Origin: Eubacteriales bacterium
GTDB taxonomy: Bacteria; Bacillota; Clostridia; Oscillospirales; QAKW01
Direction of reading: 5' to 3'
Assembly: GCA_045576575.1 (NCBI GenBank)
Contig: JAZNGR010000183.1
Span: 1 to 37,801 of the forward strand
DNA length: 37,801 bases
Shown here piece by piece: positions 9,372 to 18,260 of the stretch (the stretch's first letter is position 1; each line of letters starts with the position of its first letter). Below the pieces are notes generated by a model. That model saw only the letters and a program-made list of their open reading frames with translations, made no database searches and was not told the origin of the DNA. The position numbers and the translations under genes are program-made.

Positions 9372-10210
9372 CAGTTCTCACTTTCAAAATTGGTAATCAC
9401 AAAAACGGTGGACACCGCATTGACATTCACTGCCGGTTCCAATACCGCATATTGGGAGATGCCATGGCTCTCGGTCTTTAACTCTCTTACACGACCCAGC
9501 AAAATGCCTTTGGGAAAAACACCACCAACACCGCTGGTCTCTACTGCATCTCCGCTGCTGAGCACGACCCCTGCGTCTAAATACGCCAGTTTCAAAAGTC
9601 CGCTCTCCGAAAGGGCATAGTCCCAATCCAGAACACCCACATCACCGGTGGCAGTCACTATGGCACCCATTTCGCAAGAGGAATCCAAAACTGTCGTCAC
9701 CTTGCACCAGGTCAGCCCCAATTCGTTGATATAACCCACCACACCGTCTGCCGTCATTACCAGATCTTTTTCCTGCAAACCGTCGGCAGAGCCCTTATTG
9801 AGGGTCAAGGTATGGGAATAGCCGTTTTGATCGCTGCCCACCACCGTACAGGCGGCAAACTCAAAATCCGCATGCTGCTCGGCAATACCCAGCATGGCTT
9901 TGAGGCTTTTATTCTCATCCACATAACTTTCGGCATCCCGCAATAATTGCGCGATGGTCACCAGCTCGTTTTTGAGTTTTTCATTTTCTTCCTTCAGCGC
10001 ATCGTATTCGGTATAGGCCTCCACCAGATTTCCGCCGTAGCGGATCACGGTGGTGCAGAAATTCTGCAACGGAGTAATCAACGTACCGCCGATGTTCTCC
10101 AAAAAATTCATATGCCCGTCAGACGCGGTATCCAATACCATCATTCCCAACAGCAAAGCGGCAACAATGCAGATGGCAATAAAGGTATGGCTTTTTAAAA
10201 ACCCTTTCAT
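9371..10210 (-). CDS. mreC: Rod shape-determining protein MreC
   Basis: TM segment, coiled coil (LKEENEKLK), LNKGSADG, TSGVGGVFPKGI. Confidence 0.92.
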   Translation of the reverse strand: MKGFLKSHTFIAICIVAALLLGMMVLDTASDGHMNFLENIGGTLITPLQNFCTTVIRYGGNLVEAYTEYDALKEENEKLKNELVTIAQLLRDAESYVDENKSLKAMLGIAEQHADFEFAACTVVGSDQNGYSHTLTLNKGSADGLQEKDLVMTADGVVGYINELGLTWCKVTTVLDSSCEMGAIVTATGDVGVLDWDYALSESGLLKLAYLDAGVVLSSGDAVETSGVGGVFPKGILLGRVRELKTESHGISQYAVLEPAVNVNAVSTVFVITNFESEN

Positions 10211-11811
10211 CTGCGGGTGAGGGATGCCCAGAGAACAGGATTCTCTAAGCTCTTACCGGTACCCAGCGCAACACAATCCAAGGGATCCTTGGCAATATAA
10301 ACCGGCATACCGGTAGTCTTGCTGATCAGGGTATCCAAGCCGCGCAAAAAGGCACCGCCGCCGGTAAGGGTAATACCATGGTCAATAATATCCGCCGACA
10401 ATTCGGGGGGCGTATCTTCCAAGGTCTGCTTGATGGCGTCGATCACAATCTGCACCGATTCTGCCAGTGCTTCCCGAATATGAGCAGCACTGATGCTGAT
10501 ATTCTTAGGCAGACCGGTGATAAGGTCGCGCCCGCGCACGCTCATCTCCCCTTCTCCATCATAAGGATAAGCGGAGCCGATCTCAAACTTGATCTCTTCT
10601 GCGGTGCGGTCACCGATCAAAAGATTGAAATGCTTTTTCACATAAGCCACAATTGCGGCATCAAAGGCATCTCCCGCCACGCGAACCGAGCGAGAGGAAA
10701 CGATTCCGCCCAAGGAGATTACTGCTACCTCAGAGGTACCGCCGCCGATATCAACCACCATGCTGCCGGTAGGCTCACCCACAGGCAATCCGGCACCGAT
10801 GGCAGCCGCCAAAGGCTCTTCAATGATCCGAACATCCTTGGCACCGGTCTCATAAGCGGCATTTTCTACCGCACGATGCTCTACATCGGTTACACCGAAG
10901 GGAATACAAATCAAAATTCTCTTTTTGGTGAAAGCACTATTGCCCATGGTCTTACGAAGGAAAAAGCGCAGCATGGCAGAGCCGCTCTCAAAATCGGCAA
11001 TAACGCCTTCTTTCAAGGGGCGGACCGCACGGATACTATCGGGCGTTCTGCCGATCATATCCTTTGCTTCCTGACCAACAGCAACAACCCGATTCTGCAC
11101 TGTATCAATGGCGACCACGCTGGGCTCTCTCAACACAATGCCCTTGCCGCCGCGATAAACGATGGTATTGGCGGTTCCTAAATCAATGCCGATATCGGTA
11201 TAATTCCAAAATTTCAAGGTGTTCAAACCTTTTTTCAGTTTGTTCATAATTCCCTCGTTCTTATTCTCGTTCATTCTTTCACACTCTTTCTGAAAACGCT
11301 CTGTGGGGAAACCCATAACAGTATGATAACTGCCGCGGATCTTTTCCACAAACCCACTGTCTTGCACTCCGTATGCACCCGCTTTATCATAAGGCGAACC
11401 GGTGGCGATATAATCGGTGATCTCCTGCTCCGAAAGAGCACGGAATACCACCTCTGCTTGATCCACAAAGACCCGCTCCGCCGTTCCTTTACGCAGGTAT
11501 ACCCCGGTATAGACCCGGTGAGGCTTTCCCGATAGACGGCGAAGGGTGGCAAAGGCTTCCGCCTCGTCCTTGGGTTTGCCCAGAATCTCCCCTTCATAAA
11601 CCACCACCGTATCGGCGGCGACCAGCAAAGCGCCCTTCGTGCGCTCCACCGATTTCCCTTTGCCTGTTGCCAAGGCTTTCACATAATCGGCAGGGTCGGC
11701 AATCTGAACTGCCGCCTCATCAAAATCAGGCTTTATAACGGTAACTTGATGCCCCAATTCTTCCAGCAATTGCTTGCGGCGGGGCGAGGCGGATGCTAAT
11801 AGGATCCTCAT
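10207..11811 (-). CDS. mreB: Maf (N-terminal) - MreB (C-terminal) in-frame fusion ORF; MreB alone may start at ATG 11247
   Basis: 534-aa ORF with no internal stop. Maf motifs ILLASASPRR, AADTVV, DKAGAYGVQ; MreB motifs IGIDLGTAN, EPLAAAIG, VDIGGGT, LTGGGA. Confidence 0.88.
   Translation of the reverse strand: MRILLASASPRRKQLLEELGHQVTVIKPDFDEAAVQIADPADYVKALATGKGKSVERTKGALLVAADTVVVYEGEILGKPKDEAEAFATLRRLSGKPHRVYTGVYLRKGTAERVFVDQAEVVFRALSEQEITDYIATGSPYDKAGAYGVQDSGFVEKIRGSYHTVMGFPTERFQKECERMNENKNEGIMNKLKKGLNTLKFWNYTDIGIDLGTANTIVYRGGKGIVLREPSVVAIDTVQNRVVAVGQEAKDMIGRTPDSIRAVRPLKEGVIADFESGSAMLRFFLRKTMGNSAFTKKRILICIPFGVTDVEHRAVENAAYETGAKDVRIIEEPLAAAIGAGLPVGEPTGSMVVDIGGGTSEVAVISLGGIVSSRSVRVAGDAFDAAIVAYVKKHFNLLIGDRTAEEIKFEIGSAYPYDGEGEMSVRGRDLITGLPKNISISAAHIREALAESVQIVIDAIKQTLEDTPPELSADIIDHGITLTGGGAFLRGLDTLISKTTGMPVYIAKDPLDCVALGTGKSLENPVLWASLTRR
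11272..11811 (-). other. maf: Maf nucleotide pyrophosphatase moiety of the fusion ORF
   Basis: LASASPRR, ADTVV, GKP, LSGK.H.VYTG, DKAGAYG.Q, VMGFP. Confidence 0.88.
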
Positions 11812-12194
11812 GAACCGAACCCGATCTGACCCATTTCATACTGCTTCAGCCGATCGCGGAGTTGGGCATTCTCCCGCTCCAGTTTTTCCATTTCCTGCTC
11901 ATGGGCCTGACGCAGTTTAAACTGCTCGGCACCCATGCCCTCGATCTGCACCAAATAACGGCGCATCTCTTCCCGAAGGCGCGCGCAGGACTCTCGATTC
12001 TTTTCATTTTCATCGCAAAGATCCAGGCAGACCAAAATAGAAGCTAAACCGGTGCTCAGTTTGGGACTTTCGGTCAAAAGGGCGCGGATCTTACTATCAA
12101 CCTTCTGCGCCAAAGACAAGGTATAGTCCCGCGCTTCATCGGTGGTAACAACAAATTCATTTCCCGCAATGGAAACACTGATTTTATTACTCAT
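11808..12194 (-). CDS. zapA: Cell division protein ZapA
   Basis: KISVSIAGNEF...LAQKVDSKI...ILVCLDLCDE followed by a C-terminal coiled coil; ATGA overlap with maf. Confidence 0.8.
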   Translation of the reverse strand: MSNKISVSIAGNEFVVTTDEARDYTLSLAQKVDSKIRALLTESPKLSTGLASILVCLDLCDENEKNRESCARLREEMRRYLVQIEGMGAEQFKLRQAHEQEMEKLERENAQLRDRLKQYEMGQIGFGS

Positions 12195-12227
12195 AAAGGT
12201 GACCCCCTATTATATTATCACTTCTCT

Positions 12228-12293
12228 ATTATATAGCATATATAAAAAGATTTCAAGATAATAATTGACAACTTTCACTGAAATCATTATGAT
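12228..12293. promoter_or_regulatory. Divergent SigA promoters (zapA operon and AEC transporter)
   Basis: Minus: TTGAAA(12256-12251)-N17-TATAAT(12233-12228). Plus: TTGACA(12265-12270)-N17-TATGAT(12288-12293). Confidence 0.65.
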
Positions 12294-12322
12294 ATTAAAA
12301 GAAGTTTGAAAGGAGTGTTTTC

Positions 12323-13258
12323 ATGAGCGCATTTTTGGGATATATGCTGACCGCGTTCTCCCAAGTTTTAATTTTGGCCATTTTGGTTTCGGTAGGCTAT
12401 ATCGGTGATAAGACCGGGCTTTTTACTGAAAAAACCGCGAGAGCCTGCAATAATCTGTTGTTTTATATTATAACCCCCGCGGTGATCGTCAACTCCTTTT
12501 TGAATGTGGAATTTAATCCTGCAAACGGAAAAGGCTTTTTATGGTCCTTCCTCATTGCGGCAGGCTTCCATGCCGCCGTTGCCCTGCTCCTGCCCCTGCT
12601 CTACCGAAAAAGCGGCGAAGATCGCCCCATCTTCCGCTTCGGAACTATGTACGGCAATGTGGGCTATATGGGGCTTCCCTTGGCTCAGGCAGTGGCAGGC
12701 GATATCGGCGTTTTTTATACCTCGGCGGTAGTGGCCGTCTTTAATGCCTTCGCTTTTACCCACGGGATCCAGACCATGAAGGAAAGCAAGGAAAAATTCA
12801 ATTGGAAAAAGCTGTTGCTGAACCCCGGCTCCATCGGCATCCTGATCGGTCTTCCCCTCTTTTTGCTGAAAATCGACCTGCCCGCGGTAGTGGAAACCCC
12901 CATCGCCTATTTGGGCAGTCTGAATACCCCTCTTGCTATGCTGATGTTTGGCACTTATCTTGCCCATACCGACCTGCCGGAAATGTTCCACCGCAAGGAA
13001 AACTATCTGGCGGCTTTTTTGAAATTGCTGGCCTTCCCCCTTGCCACCATCGGCGTTTTATGTCTGCTGGGTGTGCGGGGCGAGCTGCTGCTGACCTCGG
13101 CGATCTTCACTGCGGCGCCCACCGCCAATAATACGGTGATGTTTGCCGCCAAATATAATAAAAACACCGGAACCGCCGGAAAACTCAGTGGTTTCACCAG
13201 CATCATCTCCATCCTGACCATGCCGATCTGCATCGCCATTGCCAATTTAATAGGCTGA
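12323..13258 (+). CDS. AEC (auxin efflux carrier / Mem_trans) family transporter
   Basis: About 10 TM segments; GNVGYMGLPL, LLNP, PLAML and APTA motifs. Confidence 0.9.
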   Translation: MSAFLGYMLTAFSQVLILAILVSVGYIGDKTGLFTEKTARACNNLLFYIITPAVIVNSFLNVEFNPANGKGFLWSFLIAAGFHAAVALLLPLLYRKSGEDRPIFRFGTMYGNVGYMGLPLAQAVAGDIGVFYTSAVVAVFNAFAFTHGIQTMKESKEKFNWKKLLLNPGSIGILIGLPLFLLKIDLPAVVETPIAYLGSLNTPLAMLMFGTYLAHTDLPEMFHRKENYLAAFLKLLAFPLATIGVLCLLGVRGELLLTSAIFTAAPTANNTVMFAAKYNKNTGTAGKLSGFTSIISILTMPICIAIANLIG

Positions 13259-13260
13259 AC

Positions 13261-13300
13261 AGAAAGCCCCGAAGCATTCCGCTTCGGGGCTTTCTTTTTT
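13261..13300. terminator. Intrinsic terminator between convergent genes
   Basis: AGAAAGCCCCGAAGC-attcc-GCTTCGGGGCTTTCT followed by a T-tract. Confidence 0.85.
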
Positions 13301-13332
13301 AAACAATGTACACGATTTAAAAACGAAGAGAA

Positions 13333-13743
13333 TTATGCCTTTACTTCACTGCTGTAAGCCGTGATGGTTTCGCTGGCGGTTCCGCTGTAAACGGTAAAGA
13401 CAACCTTCAAACGATAGGTGCCGCCACCCACCGAAACGGTTTCGGTATGATCCAGCGTATGAGTATAAATACCATAAGTATAGCTCCACGCTTCCGACCA
13501 ACCGAAAAGGCCCTTCTTTTGCAAGATCATCTCAGCATTGATGCGGGTGGTAGTGCCGGAATAACCCTTCAAATAGGCCTTGCAGGTGGCTGTTCCACCG
13601 GAAATGCTTAATGTCGAACTACACTCACTTGTATAATTATAGCAAGGCATAATCTTCGTTTCATTGGAAAGGGCAAAGGTATTTGCCGCCATTGAAGCCA
13701 TAAGCACCAACATCAACACCACCGATAAGATCCGTTTTTGCAT
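13333..13743 (-). CDS. Small secreted beta-rich hypothetical protein
   Basis: AAGGAGG RBS; signal peptide ending TFA; Ser/Thr/Tyr-rich mature part with 3 Cys. Confidence 0.75.
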   Translation of the reverse strand: MQKRILSVVLMLVLMASMAANTFALSNETKIMPCYNYTSECSSTLSISGGTATCKAYLKGYSGTTTRINAEMILQKKGLFGWSEAWSYTYGIYTHTLDHTETVSVGGGTYRLKVVFTVYSGTASETITAYSSEVKA

Positions 13744-13785
13744 CTCGATTCCTCCTTTCGTTCTTTATTTAGGGAAACCCCTATC

Positions 13786-13818
13786 TTTATATAACGAATG
13801 AGGAACGCAATTTTAAAC
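13786..13818 (-). promoter_or_regulatory. Candidate ECF-sigma promoter, copy 1
   Basis: GTTTAAAA-N14-CGTTATATAAA; same motif and spacing at 15143-15175. Confidence 0.65.
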
Positions 13819-13841
13819 TGAAATTTTAAAAAAATTACATT

Positions 13842-14531
13842 TTATTCCAAAGGAATGGATTCAGCGATCCGGATCAGTTCCGTCTCATCAATGGTACCGC
13901 TTACTGAAAACTCACACTTTTCGGTAGCAAAAAGAATAGCGGTACTCCCCAGTTTAAACCTTATGACCCCTTCATACCCATTGATAGTAATGGTTCGGTA
14001 ATCAACATCTTTCATATCAATATGTATTCCCCCATCGATTATAACGGACTGACGATAACTAAGTTCTCCCCTTTGTTTTCCGGAATAATCATAATAGGTT
14101 TTGGAGAACGCCAATTCATCTTTGCTGATTTCTTTTCCGATGAATCCTTCCGGAATATAAGTCGGTTCTACCGGGGTTATGGTGGCGGGAACCCGTACAT
14201 CCTCGTGCTCCATCCGCACGATTGCAAAGGTTTCAAAGAATTCGACCACAAAATCGATCAAAGATTCCCGCCAGGCTTTCACACTAAAGGTTGTAACCGC
14301 CAAGCCCAAAACCACAAGCAAAGCCACCATGGCAACGCGCTTGGCAATGGTATTAAACCAAAAATAATAGAATTTTTCATGATCGCGGATCATTCGCTCC
14401 ATCCGCTGCTCAAAACGAGGAGAAAAGGTGATCTCCTTGCATTCTTCTTCGGCGGGAAGCAACGCATTGATTTTACGCACCGAAAGTGCCAACGCTTCTT
14501 TTAAAACCGCATCATTCAAATCCGCGTTCAT
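13842..14531 (-). CDS. Putative anti-sigma factor (single TM, DUF4367-like C-terminal domain)
   Basis: FSPRFEQRM, one TM segment, PTYIPEGF, TINGYEG, ELIRIAESI; ATGA-coupled to the sigma gene. Confidence 0.75.
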   Translation of the reverse strand: MNADLNDAVLKEALALSVRKINALLPAEEECKEITFSPRFEQRMERMIRDHEKFYYFWFNTIAKRVAMVALLVVLGLAVTTFSVKAWRESLIDFVVEFFETFAIVRMEHEDVRVPATITPVEPTYIPEGFIGKEISKDELAFSKTYYDYSGKQRGELSYRQSVIIDGGIHIDMKDVDYRTITINGYEGVIRFKLGSTAILFATEKCEFSVSGTIDETELIRIAESIPLE

Positions 14532-15070
14532 ACAACAGTTTTCTCCTTTTCCAATTCTTCTTGAAGCTGCACTTTGGCTCGATCCAATCGTTTATAGACC
14601 CCCTGTAAAGAGATCCCCAGTAGCGATGCAATTGATTTATTGGGCAATTCAAAATAATACTTCAGAAGCAACGCTTCATGATATTTAGAAGGTAATCGCT
14701 CGATGGCCTCCCATACTGCCCGCACATTTATATCTGCCATCATATCAACATGGATCGCCGCATGCTTTGGATCCACCTTTTCCAATTCTAACGGACAGAA
14801 TGTATGATTTCGGCGCAGCAGATCTTTGCAGGTATTTTTCACGATCACCGTTAAAAAAGCGGCAGTGTCATCGCTGATCGGTTCTCGGATGTTTGGGAGT
14901 ACCTTGATCAGCTTTTCAAAGGAATCCTGCAGGGCATCTTCGGCATCCGCTTCATTCCCCAACATCTTTATGGCAATATATTTCATCCGATGCCGATATT
15001 CATTATAAATGAGTGTGAATTTTTCACGATCGGCCGGTGTATCGATCATGTTCAAATAATAAATCAGCAT
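14528..15070 (-). CDS. ECF-type RNA polymerase sigma-70 factor
   Basis: Region 2 DAEDALQDSF...IVKNTCKDLLR; region 4 LPSKYHEALLLKY...IASLLGIS...VYKRLDRAK; ATG 15070 follows an AGGGG RBS. Confidence 0.9.
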   Translation of the reverse strand: MLIYYLNMIDTPADREKFTLIYNEYRHRMKYIAIKMLGNEADAEDALQDSFEKLIKVLPNIREPISDDTAAFLTVIVKNTCKDLLRRNHTFCPLELEKVDPKHAAIHVDMMADINVRAVWEAIERLPSKYHEALLLKYYFELPNKSIASLLGISLQGVYKRLDRAKVQLQEELEKEKTVV

Positions 15071-15142
15071 GATTGTTCCCCTTTTGATTTTTCGATGAAA
15101 ATATTCTATCATCGAGTCATCATTTCGTCAATAAACACCCTT

Positions 15143-15175
15143 TTTATATAACGTTTGAAACATGCGTTTTTAGAC
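15143..15175 (-). promoter_or_regulatory. Candidate ECF-sigma promoter, copy 2 (autoregulatory)
   Basis: GTCTAAAA-N14-CGTTATATAAA. Confidence 0.65.
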
Positions 15176-15218
15176 AAAAAATCGAAAAATTTAATAAAGA
15201 AAATTTGAGGCAAAATCG

Positions 15219-15247
15219 TTGTCAAAATCAGTTTTTTTTGATAGAAT
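15219..15247 (+). promoter_or_regulatory. SigA promoter for the 15478 operon
   Basis: TTGTCA-N17-TAGAAT with TG extension. Confidence 0.55.
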
Positions 15248-15477
15248 GAATGTAGAAAATCAAAAGCGCTTTTGAGATTAAAAATTCATTTAAAGGAAGA
15301 ATGAGCCATGCAAATCCATGTGTTTCATTTTGGCAATTCTGCCAGGGCGAGACCCATTTCCATGCGCTATGGTGCACTGGTCTTGTCCCTTTCCGGCGCA
15401 GAAGGCTTTCTTTAAAAAGTTATTTTGCGCCCTTTTGCTCCCATCAAATCCAAATATAAAGGAAAGGACTTAAGTCA

Positions 15478-16548
15478 ATGAAATTACATCTCAAAAGAAA
15501 ATCCATCGCATTGCTTTCTATTTTAGCAATGCTGCTCTCAGCCATGTACTTTGCCCCAGTTGCTTCTGCTGCAGATAACAACGAATCTGAAAGCAATAAC
15601 ACTTGCGCCACAGCGGATGTAACTTATAATGATTATAATAATTACGGTACAATCGGCAGTTCTACCGATATCGACTGGTGGAGATTTGTTCCAACGCAAT
15701 CAGGCGTAATCAACATTTGGATGGGCAACATTCCCAGCGGATGTAATTACTATTTGTATTTTGCCGATTCCTCTGGTGCATTGCTTGCCTCTTCCGACAA
15801 TTCATCGAACTCGAACGAAGATATGCGCGTCCGTGTGTATGCGTCCCACATATACTATCTTAAAGTCGGTTGCACAAGCGGGTATAGTTCTGCCTCTCAA
15901 TACCTTATGCGCTTAAAAATGTATGACTTAAAGAAAGGCCGAATTTTCACTTCTACAAGTAGCGGAAATAACTATCAACCGGCCGCTACAAACTCCTTGC
16001 CGTATTTATGGCAAATGGGTTACGACTCTCAACAATACATTCACAATACCGCAAAAACGGCATATAATTCCATACCAACTTCTGATATTTTTGTTGCACG
16101 AGGACATGGTACTGCCGGTGCCATGGCATTTTACCATCAATATGGCGACTCATCTGGAATTTATGGTTATCATTCCAGTTTATCAAGTTCTAGTTCCAGT
16201 GTATCGATGGCGGCCACTTCTTACGGTGCATTTAGCGATGTTTCGTTGATAATTTATTGTGGTTGTAAAACCGGAGCCACAAGTGAATCTTATCAAAACC
16301 TAGTCAATAATACGTATAGCAAAGAAGCACGCTGTGTAATTGGTTGGACAGTAAACACCTTCGTTGAGCCCGGAAATGAATGGATAGAATACTTCTTTGA
16401 GGCTTGTGCATCGGGTAAAAACGTTTCATTAGCAGTAGACTACGCGACAGAAAAAATCATCGATAATTATCCGTTCAACTCTGAATATCAGTCTGCCATG
16501 GCAAGTACCTATATTGCAGGCAACTCAAATGGCATCATTTTGGGATAA
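15478..16548 (+). CDS. Secreted protein: PPC-like N-terminal domain plus putative caspase/gingipain-fold (His/Cys) peptidase-like domain
   Basis: Signal peptide ending ASA; ESESNNT and GTI...DIDWWRF (PPC-like); FVARGHG...LIIYCGC.TG...CVIGW motifs. Confidence 0.6.
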   Translation: MKLHLKRKSIALLSILAMLLSAMYFAPVASAADNNESESNNTCATADVTYNDYNNYGTIGSSTDIDWWRFVPTQSGVINIWMGNIPSGCNYYLYFADSSGALLASSDNSSNSNEDMRVRVYASHIYYLKVGCTSGYSSASQYLMRLKMYDLKKGRIFTSTSSGNNYQPAATNSLPYLWQMGYDSQQYIHNTAKTAYNSIPTSDIFVARGHGTAGAMAFYHQYGDSSGIYGYHSSLSSSSSSVSMAATSYGAFSDVSLIIYCGCKTGATSESYQNLVNNTYSKEARCVIGWTVNTFVEPGNEWIEYFFEACASGKNVSLAVDYATEKIIDNYPFNSEYQSAMASTYIAGNSNGIILG

Positions 16549-16580
16549 CCGAACTTACACTTAGAAAGGAGATAATAGTT

Positions 16581-17435
16581 GTGTTTAAAAGGAATATTTT
16601 TGCAGTAATACTGTTGGCATTTTTTGTTCTTGGCATGACCAGTTGCAAAAGAACAGATGAAGAACAAGCGCGAATAAACGAACTTAACGCTGCAGGTGGA
16701 GATACTTCTTTCACTGCCGATTCTAAAGAGGAAATAAACACAGAAAAAACAAACTTAAATAAGTTGCCGAAATTGGCCCTATCATCCAATGGCAAAAACA
16801 TCGAACAAACAGTTGTCGCCTTGGCTGACCAAACGGAAGTTTCTATTGCTTTCAGTGAATCTAATACACATTCTGACACTTATTTAGACGAAGCAAAAAA
16901 CAAATACTCCTTCAATACATCCAATGAATTGGTCAGCTATTCAGCATCTGGCATGAGCACAGTTTCCGAAACGATCCTTTCAGAAAAACAAGTTGATGAA
17001 ATTGCTCGGGAACATATTGCTAAAATGTATGGCGATCATATTCTCGATGGATATGTTTTAGATGTGTGCCAAGATCGCGGAATTGACTACAATGTGCAAT
17101 ATATAAAAAAATATGGTTCAAGCGATATGGTCAACGGCGAATTATGTATCGTTTTTGTCAACTATGATGGAAAGATTAAGTATAGTAACGTGATGTCCTT
17201 TGGACGATTTGATGATTTTGATGAAAATCTTCTTGACGGGATCACCGAAGAAACAATTCAAAGTTTTGCAAACCAACAAACTGTAGCCATGTATCCAAAC
17301 AATTCGTATAGTTGCCTTATTGAAAGTATCTGGTTACACGAAGGAGAGGGAGGCTATTATCTAAATATTTCCGTCACCCTGACTGACAGCGAAGACCATA
17401 TTCTGCCTGCCGAGTACACCTATTCTCTTAGATAA
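16581..17435 (+). CDS. Hypothetical lipoprotein (possible PepSY/YcdB-like domain)
   Basis: AAAGGAG RBS, GTG start, lipobox MTSC; acidic; LSEKQVDEIAREHI and IVFVNYDGKI segments. Confidence 0.65.
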   Translation: MFKRNIFAVILLAFFVLGMTSCKRTDEEQARINELNAAGGDTSFTADSKEEINTEKTNLNKLPKLALSSNGKNIEQTVVALADQTEVSIAFSESNTHSDTYLDEAKNKYSFNTSNELVSYSASGMSTVSETILSEKQVDEIAREHIAKMYGDHILDGYVLDVCQDRGIDYNVQYIKKYGSSDMVNGELCIVFVNYDGKIKYSNVMSFGRFDDFDENLLDGITEETIQSFANQQTVAMYPNNSYSCLIESIWLHEGEGGYYLNISVTLTDSEDHILPAEYTYSLR

Positions 17436-17543
17436 AACAAAAGTGTGACCAAAAGAGCGGGAGCTGTCAAATCATTAAAAAAACTTAAGTTGTATTTTTT
17501 TCAAAAAATGATATCCTTGATGAATGAAAGGAGCATCATTTTT

Positions 17544-18218
17544 ATGAAACGAACAAAACTCAGAGATCGTCTTTTGCCCGATTATACGCGGGGGGAAGAG
17601 ATCTTCAATATGGTGTCTCATATCGTGGGCGGAGGTTTTGGCGTTATCGCGCTGGTCACCTGCCTTTTGAAAGCCATTTTTACCGATGCGGGGGGCTTCG
17701 CCCTTGCAGGATCCATTATCTACGGCGCATCCATGGTAGTTCTTTATACCATGTCCAGCATTTATCACGGGCTGAAACCGCCCATGGCGAAGAAGGTCTT
17801 TCAGATCATCGACCACTGCACCATTTTTATCCTTATTGCCGGCACCTACACCCCCATTCTGCTAAGCGCCGTTCGGGAAGAAAACCCCTTGGTCTGTTGG
17901 GTCGTTTTCGGCGTTGTTTGGGGCGCCGCCGCTTTGGGTGCCACCCTCAACGCCATTGATCTGAAACGCTATTCCCTTCTTTCCATGGTGCTGTATCTGG
18001 TGATGGGCTGGTGCATTGTTTTGACCGGCAAAACCGCTCTTGCGGCGATGGGGATACCCTGCTTCCTTTGGATCTTGGGCGGCGGAGTTTCTTATACCGT
18101 TGGTGCTGTTTTCTATGGCGTTGCCAAAAAGGTGCGGTATATGCACTCCATTTTCCATCTTTTTGTTGTTCTGGGAAGTATTTTGCAATATATCGGCATT
18201 ATTTTTTATATAATTTAG
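17544..18218 (+). CDS. Hemolysin III / PAQR family membrane protein
   Basis: EEIFNMVSH, SSIYH, DHCTIFILIAGTYTP, HSIFHLFV; ATG 17544 follows AAAGGAG. Confidence 0.92.
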   Translation: MKRTKLRDRLLPDYTRGEEIFNMVSHIVGGGFGVIALVTCLLKAIFTDAGGFALAGSIIYGASMVVLYTMSSIYHGLKPPMAKKVFQIIDHCTIFILIAGTYTPILLSAVREENPLVCWVVFGVVWGAAALGATLNAIDLKRYSLLSMVLYLVMGWCIVLTGKTALAAMGIPCFLWILGGGVSYTVGAVFYGVAKKVRYMHSIFHLFVVLGSILQYIGIIFYII

Positions 18219-18246
18219 TTGACAATTTTTTTAAGGATGTTATAAT
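18219..18246 (+). promoter_or_regulatory. Strong SigA promoter
   Basis: TTGACA-N16-TATAAT with TG extension. Confidence 0.8.
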
Positions 18247-18260
18247 TAAAAGCGAACATA

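Noticed and set aside
17544-18218. Hemolysin III as a virulence toxin
   Set aside because: Widespread PAQR-family membrane protein; the name alone does not support a toxin role
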